From Rikenellaceae bacterium (GTDB lineage: Bacteria; Bacteroidota; Bacteroidia; Bacteroidales; Rikenellaceae): a DNA stretch of 64,000 bases. Below are positions 1-9,823 of the stretch, piece by piece. The notes under the pieces were generated by a model. That model was not told the origin of the DNA, did no database searches, and worked only from the letters and a program-made list of their open reading frames with translations. The stretch lies in the NCBI GenBank assembly GCA_047174765.1, contig JBCQTT010000005.1:7228-71227 (forward strand). Direction: 5' to 3'. Position 1 is the first letter of the stretch. Each line of letters begins with the position of its first letter. The position numbers and the translations under genes were made by a program.

Positions 1-209
1 TATGGATCGAGGCTACGCGACATCCCGGCTGTAGCATCTCGCAACAACTTCGTCGTCGAGAGGGTGTCGACATAGTTCTCATTGAGCGCCCTCAACATAT
101 TTACCAAAATCTCCGTATCGCGCACCAACGCAAAATCACTCTTCACCGCTCTAACCGAGAAGAGCGCAACAACCACCAATAGCGGAAGTATAAACCTCTT
201 TAATCTCAT
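1..209 (-). CDS. S41 family C-terminal processing peptidase, N-terminal part (runs off window)
   Basis: Manual translation from ATG at 209: MRLKRFILPLLVVVALF...LNENYVDTL...AGMSRSLDPY; signal peptide plus the YVD...LDPY motif of CtpA/Prc proteases. Confidence 0.75.
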   Translation of the reverse strand, partial: MRLKRFILPLLVVVALFSVRAVKSDFALVRDTEILVNMLRALNENYVDTLSTTKLLRDATAGMSRSLDP

Positions 210-233
210 CCTTACCTTTTTCTCTTTTTTTCG

Positions 234-740
234 CTATCGACCGCCCATCTGTGCTTGGGTCTGTTGAGCCTCCACGTCAGAATTCTCGATAGCATACTCT
301 AATCTATATATCACATATGCAACAGCCTTACGATTTCCCGACACTGCGAGTTTTCCATCGGAGTGTTGAATGATCTTCACGTGGTCCTCGAACAACATTG
401 TTATACGTTTTACGAAGCTCCCCGCGATAAATGTCATACGACCCTCCGACTCGTGGTCGAGCACCATACCCTGCTGACGGAATGAAAGCATAATCTGTTC
501 GCGATTCTTCACCAAGTCGCCAGCAATGAATCTCCTCATATATCCAAACATCGGATAGATCGCCGACAGAGCAAAGACCGCAAAGATCAAAAAGAGACCT
601 CGTGGAGTCGAGATGATCGCGTGGAACTTATCCCCCGGTGTAAACACAACATTTGAAGCGAACGAGGTGATATACATCACCGCAAAATAGATAACGCAAA
701 GTGTCAAAAAATATTTGATCGAACGTTGAAGATATCTCAT
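234..740 (-). CDS. hypothetical membrane protein
   Basis: 168-aa ORF with two N-terminal hydrophobic segments, co-oriented in operon with ispH. Confidence 0.7.
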   Translation of the reverse strand: MRYLQRSIKYFLTLCVIYFAVMYITSFASNVVFTPGDKFHAIISTPRGLFLIFAVFALSAIYPMFGYMRRFIAGDLVKNREQIMLSFRQQGMVLDHESEGRMTFIAGSFVKRITMLFEDHVKIIQHSDGKLAVSGNRKAVAYVIYRLEYAIENSDVEAQQTQAQMGGR

Positions 741-775
741 AACATATTTAGTTTTTGGTTTATTAAATTAGTTTC

Positions 776-1639
776 CTAGCGCAGTGAGTCCGCAACGCGC
801 TCCATCAACCACGCTGGCGTCGATGTAGCACCACAAATTCCAACCGAACACCCCGGCTCGAACCATTGCGGATCGAGCTCCTCCTCAGACTCTATATTGT
901 AGCAACGGGGATTTGACTCTCGACACAACTCGTAGAGAACTCGCCCATTACTTGATTTCTTACCACACACAAACAACACAACATCAAATCGACTAACGAA
1001 CTCGCGCAGATGCTCCTCGCGAGAGGATACTTGTCGACAAATCGTGTCGTTGACAACAACACTCTGTGGGTCACTTGCTCGATCTCGTATTATCTCCGCC
1101 AGATGGTTGAATAGCGATATGCTCTGGGTAGTCTGCGACAAAAAGTAGATCGGTGCATCGTAGTTTACGGAATCCAAATCTGCCTCACTCTCCACAACAT
1201 ACACCCGATCGTCGACCTGACCCGTAAGACCCACAACCTCGGCGTGACCCCTCTTGCCCAACAAAACGACACTCCCTCCAACTTCACCCATCTGCTCATA
1301 CGCCTTGACAACCCTCTGCTGCAACTTCGCAACGACAGGACACGTAGCGTCGATGATAGTAATCCCCATCATCTCTGCTGCTCGATATGTATTGGGGGGC
1401 TCTCCGTGGGCACGAATGAGTAGTCGTCGACCTGCCGCCATCGCCATATTCTCGTTTGAGATGGGGTGCAAGCCCATCTTTTGGAGTCGCTGCACCTCGA
1501 TACGGTTGTGGACAATATCCCCCAACGAAAAGACCTCCGTCCGAAGTCCATCACCCATCGACAACGCCTGCTCTGCCTCCGATATCGCACGAACGACACC
1601 AAAGCAAAAACCCGATTTTGGATCTATCTCTACCCTCAT
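776..1639 (-). CDS. ispH: 4-hydroxy-3-methylbut-2-enyl diphosphate reductase
   Basis: GFCFGV, IRAHG, DATCP, HAEV, SQTT, TICRQ, SSN, GATSTP motifs. Confidence 0.97.
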   Translation of the reverse strand: MRVEIDPKSGFCFGVVRAISEAEQALSMGDGLRTEVFSLGDIVHNRIEVQRLQKMGLHPISNENMAMAAGRRLLIRAHGEPPNTYRAAEMMGITIIDATCPVVAKLQQRVVKAYEQMGEVGGSVVLLGKRGHAEVVGLTGQVDDRVYVVESEADLDSVNYDAPIYFLSQTTQSISLFNHLAEIIRDRASDPQSVVVNDTICRQVSSREEHLREFVSRFDVVLFVCGKKSSNGRVLYELCRESNPRCYNIESEEELDPQWFEPGCSVGICGATSTPAWLMERVADSLR

Positions 1640-1642
1640 AAT

Positions 1643-2344
1643 CTATTTTACTCTGCTCTGATACAATCTGTCGAACCACTCCATCTGAGCCTCAACACTC
1701 ATATCACTATTATCTAAAACAACTGCATCGTCAGCCCTCACAAGTGGCGATATAGATCGTGTCTCGTCGGCACGATCGCGCGCAACAACACTCTCAACGA
1801 TCTGATCGAGAGTGATCTCCTCACCCCCCTTCTGGAGCAACTCATCGTAACGGCGCTTTGCCCTCACGCAAGGATCTGCCACCATAAATATCTTGATCTC
1901 AGCATCGGGAAAGACCACACTCCCAATATCTCGCCCATCCATAACAACACCTCCTCGGTGACCCATCTGCTGTTGCAAAGAGACCAACTTCTCGCGAACC
2001 TCCTCCACAGCACTCACAATACTCACCGCTCGACTCACCTCCATCGTGCGAATCAAACCCTCAACACACTCCTCCGACAGATATACATCACTCGCACCAC
2101 GAGCCGAGTTAAATACAAATCGCACATCTAGCTGTGGTAACAACGCCTTCAACCCCTCACGGTCGACACTCTCCGTTGCCACCTCTACAACCCCTGCGCG
2201 CAGAGCCGCCAACGTAACCGCACGATACATCGCTCCAGTGTCGATAAATATATATCCTAGTTTTGCCGCTATCGCCTTTGCAAATGTGCTCTTCCCACAA
2301 GAAGAGTAACCATCAATTGCTATTATTAAATCTCTCATTGCCAT
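1643..2344 (-). CDS. cmk: cytidylate kinase
   Basis: IAIDGYSSCGKST P-loop, DTGAMYR, MDGRDIGSVVFPDA. Confidence 0.97.
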   Translation of the reverse strand: MAMRDLIIAIDGYSSCGKSTFAKAIAAKLGYIFIDTGAMYRAVTLAALRAGVVEVATESVDREGLKALLPQLDVRFVFNSARGASDVYLSEECVEGLIRTMEVSRAVSIVSAVEEVREKLVSLQQQMGHRGGVVMDGRDIGSVVFPDAEIKIFMVADPCVRAKRRYDELLQKGGEEITLDQIVESVVARDRADETRSISPLVRADDAVVLDNSDMSVEAQMEWFDRLYQSRVK

Positions 2345-2347
2345 TAA

Positions 2348-2442
2348 GAATATGTTTAAATTTCTCTCATCTATTTTACTAAGGATCTGTCACTTCGCTT
2401 TTCTCTCTTAGCAATTCTAGCGAGAAAAACTTAAACAGATTC
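2348..2442. mobile_element. MITE family 1, short copy (95 bp), IS5-like ends
   Basis: Ends GAATATGTTTAA / TTAAACAGATTC flanked by TAA..TAA duplication; reverse-complement match to 58418-58581 with an internal deletion. Confidence 0.85.
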
Positions 2443-3113
2443 TAAAAAAGGTTCAAAAATGTTGATATTATAGTATATGCTCCGAGTCCACCGATGATAA
2501 GACCTGCCGTGTGGTTAATCGTGACCATATGTCGCGGTCTAAAATTACCTCGAAACAGCCCCACCACAAATGCAAGCCCACTCCACCAAGCCGCGCTACC
2601 CACAAAAAATCCAGACATCACAACAACTCCTCGTATCATCCCCCCGACACTCTGCATCTCGTCGCCACTCCCCGCAACCTTAAACACCGCAAAAAACGCA
2701 AGTATGTAGGGTATAACCATAATGAAGTTAGCCAACGTAAGTCCAAATATCGAGACAAAATCATTCCACATAGAGCCTTTTCCACTTCGGTTTTTACGAA
2801 TCTGCACCACCGGATTTTGTAGGTATATGTAGACCCCCACCGCAACGACAAAGATCCCACCGACAACTCGTAGTAACATATTATACTCCTCGATCTGGCT
2901 CTGCAACATAGCATAAAAAAAGTATGCAACAATCGCCATTATCGTATCTGCCACAGCAACTCCCAGCCCCGAGACAAGCCCCGACTGACGAGATTTGCTC
3001 AACGTTCGCTGAATACACAACACCGCAACTGGTCCAACGGTGATAGATGCTGCAACGCCAACCATCACGGCTCGTCCCAACACCTCGATTAATTCCAATG
3101 TCATATTTTTCAC
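2442..3113 (-). CDS. LysE family translocator
   Basis: VGPVAVLCIQRTL, GLGVAVAD, multiple TM segments. Confidence 0.85.
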   Translation of the reverse strand: MKNMTLELIEVLGRAVMVGVAASITVGPVAVLCIQRTLSKSRQSGLVSGLGVAVADTIMAIVAYFFYAMLQSQIEEYNMLLRVVGGIFVVAVGVYIYLQNPVVQIRKNRSGKGSMWNDFVSIFGLTLANFIMVIPYILAFFAVFKVAGSGDEMQSVGGMIRGVVVMSGFFVGSAAWWSGLAFVVGLFRGNFRPRHMVTINHTAGLIIGGLGAYTIISTFLNLF

Positions 3114-3208
3114 ATTATTTCCTACAAAGATATAATAAAATTGTGAAATAGAATTAAATTTGTGATGATAAAATCGTGCTAAAATTTATGATTTGTCTAT
3201 TTTGTTGT

Positions 3209-3216
3209 TATCTTTG
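3209..3216 (+). promoter_or_regulatory. Bacteroidota sigma-70 -7 element
   Basis: TATCTTTG about 25 nt upstream of ATG at 3241. Confidence 0.6.
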
Positions 3217-3240
3217 TGACTCAACAACAACACAAAAAGA

Positions 3241-4614
3241 ATGGAGTTAATAGAAACAACACTCGCAAACATTAGCAACTGGCTCTGGGGATGGTGGTTA
3301 ATAATCCTCCTTTTAGGTACACATCTATTTCTGACAATTCGTCTAAAAGTGCCTCAACGAAAACTATTTACAGCAATCAAACTATCTATCGCAAAGGACT
3401 CAGATGCCTCGGGTGATGTAAGTCAATTTGCAGCTCTCGCAACATCGCTCGCCGCAACTCTCGGCACGGGAAACATTATCGGTGTCGCTACAGCGGTTGC
3501 CATCGGAGGTCCGGGAGCGGTGCTTTGGTGTTGGATTACGGGAGTACTCGGTATCGCCACAAAATACGGCGAGGGACTCCTAGCCATAAAATATAGGGTG
3601 CAGACCCCAAAAGGCGAGATGCTGGGTGGTCCAATGTATGCCCTCGAACGTGGATTGGGGATGAAGTGGATGGGTATCGCATTCGCTGCGGTGACGGCTC
3701 TCGCTGCATTCGGTATCGGTAACACGGTGCAGGTAAACTCCATATCGCTACTTCTTAGTGAAAACTATGGCGTAAACCCTCACATCACAGCCGTAATCGT
3801 CGCTGCTCTAATCGCCCTAGTCGTAATATTCGGAATCAAAGGTATCGCAAAGGTCTGCTCTATGTTAGTGCCAATTATGGCAGTCCTATATGTGTTTGGA
3901 TGTTTCTATATCCTAGGTCTCAACTGGGAACATATGGGTGAGACTTTCTCTGTGATCTTCGAGTCTGCCTTCACACCTCGCGCCGCAGGGGGTGGATTCG
4001 TCGGCTCGACAGTCCTTATGGCTGCTCGATTCGGTATCGCACGTGGTCTCTTCTCAAATGAGTCGGGATTGGGTTCTGCTCCGATCGTTGCGGCGGCAGC
4101 TCAAACTCGAAACCCTGTGCGCCAAGCCCTCGTTTCATCTACCGGTACATTTTGGGATACCGTTATCGTATGTGCCCTCACAGGTTTGGTGTTGGTTAGC
4201 AGTATCATCTCTTGCCCCGACATCGACTGCTCGATGGGTGGCGCCCTCACAAACGCTGCATTCAGCAAAATCCCATATATCGGAACAACAATCCTCGCTG
4301 TGGGTATCATCACCTTCGCATTCTCTACAATCTTAGGCTGGACATATTATGCCGAGAAGTGTGTCGAGTATTTGGGTGGTCAAAAGTGGATTAAATATTA
4401 TCGCATAGTCTGGATCGCAGTTCTCTACTGTGGCGCAGTTATGCAGCTAAACGTTGTGTGGTACTTAGCCGATAGCTTGAACGCATTGATGGCTATTCCA
4501 AACATCATATCACTACTCCTACTATCGGGAGTAATAACCAAAGAGACAGACAAATACCTATGGAGTGGCAACCTAGATGATATTGCGCCGCCACCACCAA
4601 CTATCGACAAATAA
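3241..4614 (+). CDS. alanine/glycine:cation symporter (AGCS family)
   Basis: LGTGNIIGVA, GGPGAVLW, GGPMY, RGLFSNESGLGS, FWDTVIVC motifs. Confidence 0.93.
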   Translation: MELIETTLANISNWLWGWWLIILLLGTHLFLTIRLKVPQRKLFTAIKLSIAKDSDASGDVSQFAALATSLAATLGTGNIIGVATAVAIGGPGAVLWCWITGVLGIATKYGEGLLAIKYRVQTPKGEMLGGPMYALERGLGMKWMGIAFAAVTALAAFGIGNTVQVNSISLLLSENYGVNPHITAVIVAALIALVVIFGIKGIAKVCSMLVPIMAVLYVFGCFYILGLNWEHMGETFSVIFESAFTPRAAGGGFVGSTVLMAARFGIARGLFSNESGLGSAPIVAAAAQTRNPVRQALVSSTGTFWDTVIVCALTGLVLVSSIISCPDIDCSMGGALTNAAFSKIPYIGTTILAVGIITFAFSTILGWTYYAEKCVEYLGGQKWIKYYRIVWIAVLYCGAVMQLNVVWYLADSLNALMAIPNIISLLLLSGVITKETDKYLWSGNLDDIAPPPPTIDK

Positions 4615-4632
4615 AGTTAGCCCTCCGCTATA

Positions 4633-6750
4633 ATGAAGATACTCCAAAGCGAAGTAAAATTTCTCGCCGGCGTAGGCGAGATTCGAGCCCAACTCCTCTC
4701 AAAGGAGTTGGGTATCTTTACTTTCGAGGATCTACTCTACCACCTCCCATTCCGATATATAGACCGCACACGACTCTATACAATCGCGGAGCTACCATCG
4801 GCAGATGGAACTATCGTGCAGTTTCGCGCACGCGTGAGCGGAGTGTCATACGCTGGCGAGGGGTCAAAACGCCGATTTAAGGCTACTGTTCGCGATGAGT
4901 CGGGCGTGAGTGAGTTGGTATGGTTCAAGGGGATCAAGTGGATCGAGAAGAGAATCGAAGTTGGACGAGAGTACCTTATATTTGGCAAGGTCTCAACATT
5001 TAGGGACGAGACGTCGATAGTCCACCCCGAGATCGAGACTATCGAGAAGGTGTTGTCGAAGCCACCCTTAAGCGCAATGCAGGGGGTGTACTCTACAACC
5101 GAGAGGCTATCTACAGCCTTGGGCACAAAGGGTTTTCACAACATTATGGTGGCACTTTGGGATCGCGTAAAGGATCACATCACGGAGTCACTCCCCGAAT
5201 ATATAACCCAAAAATATGGGCTTCTCTCACTCCGCGAAGCGCTGTTCAACATCCACTTCCCTCAATCGAACAAACTCCTCGCAGCGGCACAACTACGCCT
5301 AAAGTTCGAGGAGCTGTTGGCTCTACAGCTAACGATACAGTCTCGCAGAACAGAACGACTAACACGAGCTAACGGGTTTATGTTCAACCGCGTAGGCGAC
5401 CTGTTCAACAGGTTCTACCACGAGAAACTCCCATTCCCCCTAACAGAGGCCCAAAAGAGAGTCATTCGCGAAGTTCGAGCTGACACCGTAACCGGATTTC
5501 AGATGAGCCGCCTCCTCCAAGGTGACGTGGGTAGTGGCAAAACCGTCGTTTCGCTCTGCACAATGTTGCTCGCGGTCGACAACGGATTTCAAGCCTGCAT
5601 AATGGCTCCTACGGAGCTCCTCGCACGCCAACACTACGCCTCAATGCAGCGTATGTGCGAAGGTCTCAACATAAAGATCAACATACTCACAGGTGCATCC
5701 AAAGCAAAGGAGCGTCGCGCAGCACTCGAAGGAGTCGCCTCGGGTGAAACAAACATACTAATAGGCACTCACGCCCTAATCGAGGATCGAGTGCAGTTTC
5801 AGAACCTTGGATTTGTGGTGATCGACGAGCAGCACCGCTTTGGTGTGGAGCAGCGCGCCCGCCTCTGGAGAAAGAACCTTCAACCACCCCACATATTGGT
5901 GATGACCGCCACACCCATCCCTCGCACCTTGGCAATGACACTCTACGGCGATTTAGAGGTATCGGTGATCGACGAGCTGCCACCGGGACGCAAACCAATC
6001 GTAACAGTCCACTACACCGACTCGGCACGACTTCGCCTCATTGGATTTATGAAGGAGCAGATCGCCCTAGGGAGACAAGTATATGTGGTCTACCCCCTCA
6101 TAAAGGAGTCGGAGAGGATGGATGGCGCAGATTACAAAGACCTAACAGATGGCTTCGAAGCCATCTCTCGCGACTTCCCACTACCCCAATATAAGGTAGC
6201 GATCTGTCACGGCAAGATGAAACCCGCCGACAAAGAGGAGTCAATGCGCCAATTCAAAGAGCACGAGGCGGATATATTAGTCGCAACCTCCGTAATTGAG
6301 GTTGGGGTCGACGTCCCCAACGCAACAGTTATGGTTATCGAATCATCCGAACGATTTGGACTCTCACAGATGCACCAACTTCGAGGACGCGTGGGGCGTG
6401 GTGGCGAACAGTCATACTGCATCCTTATGTCGAGCGAGAAACTATCCAACGACTCTCGCAAACGAATCGAGGCTATGTGCGAAACCAACGACGGCTTCCG
6501 ACTATCGGAGCTAGATCTTAAACTCCGCGGCGCGGGCGACATAAACGGAACTCAACAAAGCGGAGAGGCTATCGATCTGAAAATCGCCAACCCAACACGC
6601 GACATTCAGATTCTGACCCTCACGCGAGACGCTGCAATAGAGATCCTAGATGGTGACCCTACGTTGTCTGAGCCCCAAAACAACACATTAAGAGAACTTC
6701 AAAATCGTTTTACACCATCCGTAGAGGTCGATTTCTCGAAAATATCATAA
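4633..6750 (+). CDS. recG: ATP-dependent DNA helicase RecG
   Basis: RLLQGDVGSGKT, DEQHRFG, MTATPIPRT, QLRGRVGRG motifs; OB wedge domain. Confidence 0.97.
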   Translation: MKILQSEVKFLAGVGEIRAQLLSKELGIFTFEDLLYHLPFRYIDRTRLYTIAELPSADGTIVQFRARVSGVSYAGEGSKRRFKATVRDESGVSELVWFKGIKWIEKRIEVGREYLIFGKVSTFRDETSIVHPEIETIEKVLSKPPLSAMQGVYSTTERLSTALGTKGFHNIMVALWDRVKDHITESLPEYITQKYGLLSLREALFNIHFPQSNKLLAAAQLRLKFEELLALQLTIQSRRTERLTRANGFMFNRVGDLFNRFYHEKLPFPLTEAQKRVIREVRADTVTGFQMSRLLQGDVGSGKTVVSLCTMLLAVDNGFQACIMAPTELLARQHYASMQRMCEGLNIKINILTGASKAKERRAALEGVASGETNILIGTHALIEDRVQFQNLGFVVIDEQHRFGVEQRARLWRKNLQPPHILVMTATPIPRTLAMTLYGDLEVSVIDELPPGRKPIVTVHYTDSARLRLIGFMKEQIALGRQVYVVYPLIKESERMDGADYKDLTDGFEAISRDFPLPQYKVAICHGKMKPADKEESMRQFKEHEADILVATSVIEVGVDVPNATVMVIESSERFGLSQMHQLRGRVGRGGEQSYCILMSSEKLSNDSRKRIEAMCETNDGFRLSELDLKLRGAGDINGTQQSGEAIDLKIANPTRDIQILTLTRDAAIEILDGDPTLSEPQNNTLRELQNRFTPSVEVDFSKIS

Positions 6751-6799
6751 TCTTAATAAAAAAAGGTCTACATAAATTCGTTTTTTCAAAAGAAAAACT

Positions 6800-6807
6800 T
6801 ACCTTTG
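6800..6807 (+). promoter_or_regulatory. Bacteroidota -7 promoter element
   Basis: TACCTTTG upstream of ATG at 6863. Confidence 0.6.
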
Positions 6808-6862
6808 CGATTATTCGGATACAATCAAAAAACTAAATAAAAAATAAAAAAACAAAAAAACA

Positions 6863-7747
6863 ATGGCAGAGACTAACACACAATCAAAGATGATGAGTGG
6901 ATACCGCATTGCAACTGTAATCCTTGCAGCTGTATTGGTAGTTCTTTCAATCCTCTATTTCAACATCCACAGCAAGCAGCAGGCTGAGTACCTAGCGTTG
7001 AGTGGAGAGCGTGACGCAATCAAGGAGAACCTTACTGAGCTCGTTGGTAAGTTCGAGAAGCTTGAGACAACAAACGGTGAGCTTCAGAAGACTTTGGAGG
7101 CTGAGCGTAACCGCACTGACTCAATCATCGCAAAGCTTACTAAGGAGAAGAACTTGAACTACTCTAAGCTTAAGCAGTATGAGCGTGAGGTAGCTTCATT
7201 GCGTAACGTAATCCGCGGATACTTGGAGCAGATCGACTCTTTGAACAACTTGAATCAAGAGCTTATGTCTGAGAACGTAGGTATCAAGAAGCAGCTTACA
7301 TCTACAGAGCTTCGCGCTGAGGAGGCTGAGGAGCTTGCTCGCAGACTTCAGGACAAGGTAAATCAGGGTGAGCTTCTTGTTGCTAACGGTATCGAGATCG
7401 TATCTCTTAACAAGAGGGGTCGTGAGATCTCACGTATCAAGCGTGCAGCTCAGATCAGCATCAACTTCACTATCGCAGCTAACAAGTTGGCTAAGGCTGG
7501 TAACACAGAGATCATCGCTTGTGTAACATCTCCTGACGGATATGTTCTTACAACTGAGGCGTTGCCAACATTCAACCTTAACGGCAAGAAGACAACTTAC
7601 ACTGCATCTCGCAAGGTTGACTTCCGCAACACAGACCTTCCTGTTAGCATCTTCTTCACAGGTGAGAAGTTGGTAGGCGGTGTTTATGAGGTAGTTCTCT
7701 ACAACAACGGTGCTGTAATTGGATCTTCAAAGCTTGAGGTTCGATAA
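6863..7747 (+). CDS. membrane-anchored coiled-coil hypothetical protein
   Basis: N-terminal TM helix, ~130-aa heptad-rich region, beta-rich C-terminus; own promoter and terminator. Confidence 0.85.
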   Translation: MAETNTQSKMMSGYRIATVILAAVLVVLSILYFNIHSKQQAEYLALSGERDAIKENLTELVGKFEKLETTNGELQKTLEAERNRTDSIIAKLTKEKNLNYSKLKQYEREVASLRNVIRGYLEQIDSLNNLNQELMSENVGIKKQLTSTELRAEEAEELARRLQDKVNQGELLVANGIEIVSLNKRGREISRIKRAAQISINFTIAANKLAKAGNTEIIACVTSPDGYVLTTEALPTFNLNGKKTTYTASRKVDFRNTDLPVSIFFTGEKLVGGVYEVVLYNNGAVIGSSKLEVR

Positions 7748-7757
7748 TCATCACACT

Positions 7758-7810
7758 TAGATACAAAAAAAAGAGGTTGCCTTTTGGGGTGACCTCTTTT
7801 TTTGTATCTA
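7758..7810. terminator. bidirectional rho-independent terminator
   Basis: TAGATACAAAAAAAAGAGGT...ACCTCTTTTTTTGTATCTA long inverted repeat with A/T tracts. Confidence 0.85.
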
Positions 7811-7916
7811 GGTATGTGAGGCAAACAAAGCGTCGGGGTATCTTCGCTGAACATAAAATATATCGACTTTTTTTATTATATTTGTGTCTAAGACAACAAC
7901 ATAAAAGAAGATTGAT

Positions 7917-8921
7917 ATGAATATAGTTTACCTCATCGGGAATGGATTTGACCTTAGCAAGGGCTTACCGACAAGCTATCCCCAATTTTATAACTATTAC
8001 TGTTCGTTACCCTCACCAAACAACGATCTAGCAGAGCTGAAAGAGGAGATAACGAGAGGTGATAACTGGTCAGATCTAGAGTTTGCCCTTGGGGAGTATA
8101 GCGCGAAATTTGACTCCAAAGAGCGATTAGCAAAGTTACATAAGGATTTAAGGACAAAGCTCCGAGACTACCTCATTAAGGTCGAGGCTCACTACCACTG
8201 CGACGACAGTCAGAAAGATCTGCTGATGTCTGACCTGTTGTCCCCAGAGAAATATCTTCGAGATACGGAGCAACGGGTTATAACGGATATTAAAAATCAA
8301 TCTTGGACATCAGAGAAAATAAATATAATCACATTCAACTATACAGACACTCTGGAACGTCTCATAAATTGCAAAGAGGAAGACCCTGTTAATAGCATCA
8401 CACACGTACACGGAACATTAAAAAACAATGGTCGAGATATGATATTAGGAGTCGATAACGACAACCAAATGTCCAACAAAACACTCTGTGTAGATCGACT
8501 TATAAGAAGAAAGTTCATAAAATCTGAGTCGAATGCAATCAATGGAACAGATCGGGATAAATACTGTAAGGATCTTATTTACAAAGCAGATTTAATCTGT
8601 TTATTTGGTGTCTCATTTGGTGACACAGACGCTTTGTGGTGGGGACACATTGCTAGACGCCTTATAAACAACAGTAGCTCAAAATTAATAATTTTCATAC
8701 ACAAACGCGATTTTGAAACTAATATAGATGATGACATCGCTGACATTTTAGAGAAAGATGAAGAGATCAAAGATATGTTCCTTAGTAAACGGAGCTTGAT
8801 GAGACGAAGTATGAATCTGTTAAACCCCAAATTTTTGTCTGCATCAACTCCGATATGTTCAGCAACATCGACTTCCCATACGACGATAGTTGGCATAGCT
8901 GGGCGAAAAAATAACATATAG
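7917..8921 (+). CDS. AbiH-family abortive infection protein (probable frameshift near C-terminus)
   Basis: IGNGFDL..GLPTSY, WSDLE..LG, TFNYT, HVHG, ILGVD, FGVSFGDTD..WW motifs; AT-rich; TATATTTG promoter at 7877. Confidence 0.85.
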   Translation: MNIVYLIGNGFDLSKGLPTSYPQFYNYYCSLPSPNNDLAELKEEITRGDNWSDLEFALGEYSAKFDSKERLAKLHKDLRTKLRDYLIKVEAHYHCDDSQKDLLMSDLLSPEKYLRDTEQRVITDIKNQSWTSEKINIITFNYTDTLERLINCKEEDPVNSITHVHGTLKNNGRDMILGVDNDNQMSNKTLCVDRLIRRKFIKSESNAINGTDRDKYCKDLIYKADLICLFGVSFGDTDALWWGHIARRLINNSSSKLIIFIHKRDFETNIDDDIADILEKDEEIKDMFLSKRSLMRRSMNLLNPKFLSASTPICSATSTSHTTIVGIAGRKNNI

Positions 8922-9040
8922 ACGTTAAATTGCACAAAAAAGGGGCGACCCACTAACAAAGCTCCTCATTTATATATACCTTTGGAGAAATTATTAAAAG
9001 TTTACAAAACACCCTCCCCACAAATAAAAATACTAAAACT

Positions 9041-9823
9041 ATGACAGCCCTATTTGACAAGATAATATTTGGTCCTATACACTCGCGACGCCTCGGACTC
9101 TCGCTCGGCGTGAATCTCCTACCTCAGGAGGCGAAGATCTGTAACTTCGACTGCATCTATTGCGAGTGCGGATCGAACGGAGAACGTCGAGGAGAGGCAC
9201 TTCAAAGGCGATTTGCAGTTCGCACGCAGGTGGAGGAGGCTCTATCTAGCCAACTAACACAGATGGCTATTGACGCAACACCACCCGACGTAATCACATT
9301 CGCCGGCAACGGAGAACCAACACTACACCCCGAGTTCGAACAGATCATTGAGTCGACAATCGCTACGCGAAACCAACTATGTCCCGAAGCAAAGGTGTCG
9401 GTGTTGAGCAACGCGACGACCCTCGACAAGGAGAGTGTCGTTCGAGCACTGCGCCTCGTCGACAACCCAATCCTAAAGATCGACTCAGCGATTCAAGAGA
9501 GTGCACAGATCATTAACTCCCCTGCGGTGGGATACTCTGTCGAGAGGGTTATTGAGTTGATGGCAACCTCTCTAAAGGGGGTTTGCATCGTACAGACTAT
9601 GTTCCTTAGGGGCGTGGTTGGGGGCGTGGCGTTCGACAACACAACCGAAACAGAGATTAAAGCGTGGCTCGACGCACTCCAAAAGATCAAACCTCGCAGT
9701 GTAATGATCTACTCCATAGACCGCGACACGCCACTCCACACTCTCGAAAAGATCGACAAAGAGCAACTCGAACAGATTGCACAAAGAGCTCGACAAATCG
9801 GCATTGAGTGCTCCGCTGCGTAG
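9041..9823 (+). CDS. radical SAM protein
   Basis: FGPIHSRRLG.SLG, CNFDCIYC, TFAGNGEPTL. Confidence 0.9.
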   Translation: MTALFDKIIFGPIHSRRLGLSLGVNLLPQEAKICNFDCIYCECGSNGERRGEALQRRFAVRTQVEEALSSQLTQMAIDATPPDVITFAGNGEPTLHPEFEQIIESTIATRNQLCPEAKVSVLSNATTLDKESVVRALRLVDNPILKIDSAIQESAQIINSPAVGYSVERVIELMATSLKGVCIVQTMFLRGVVGGVAFDNTTETEIKAWLDALQKIKPRSVMIYSIDRDTPLHTLEKIDKEQLEQIAQRARQIGIECSAA

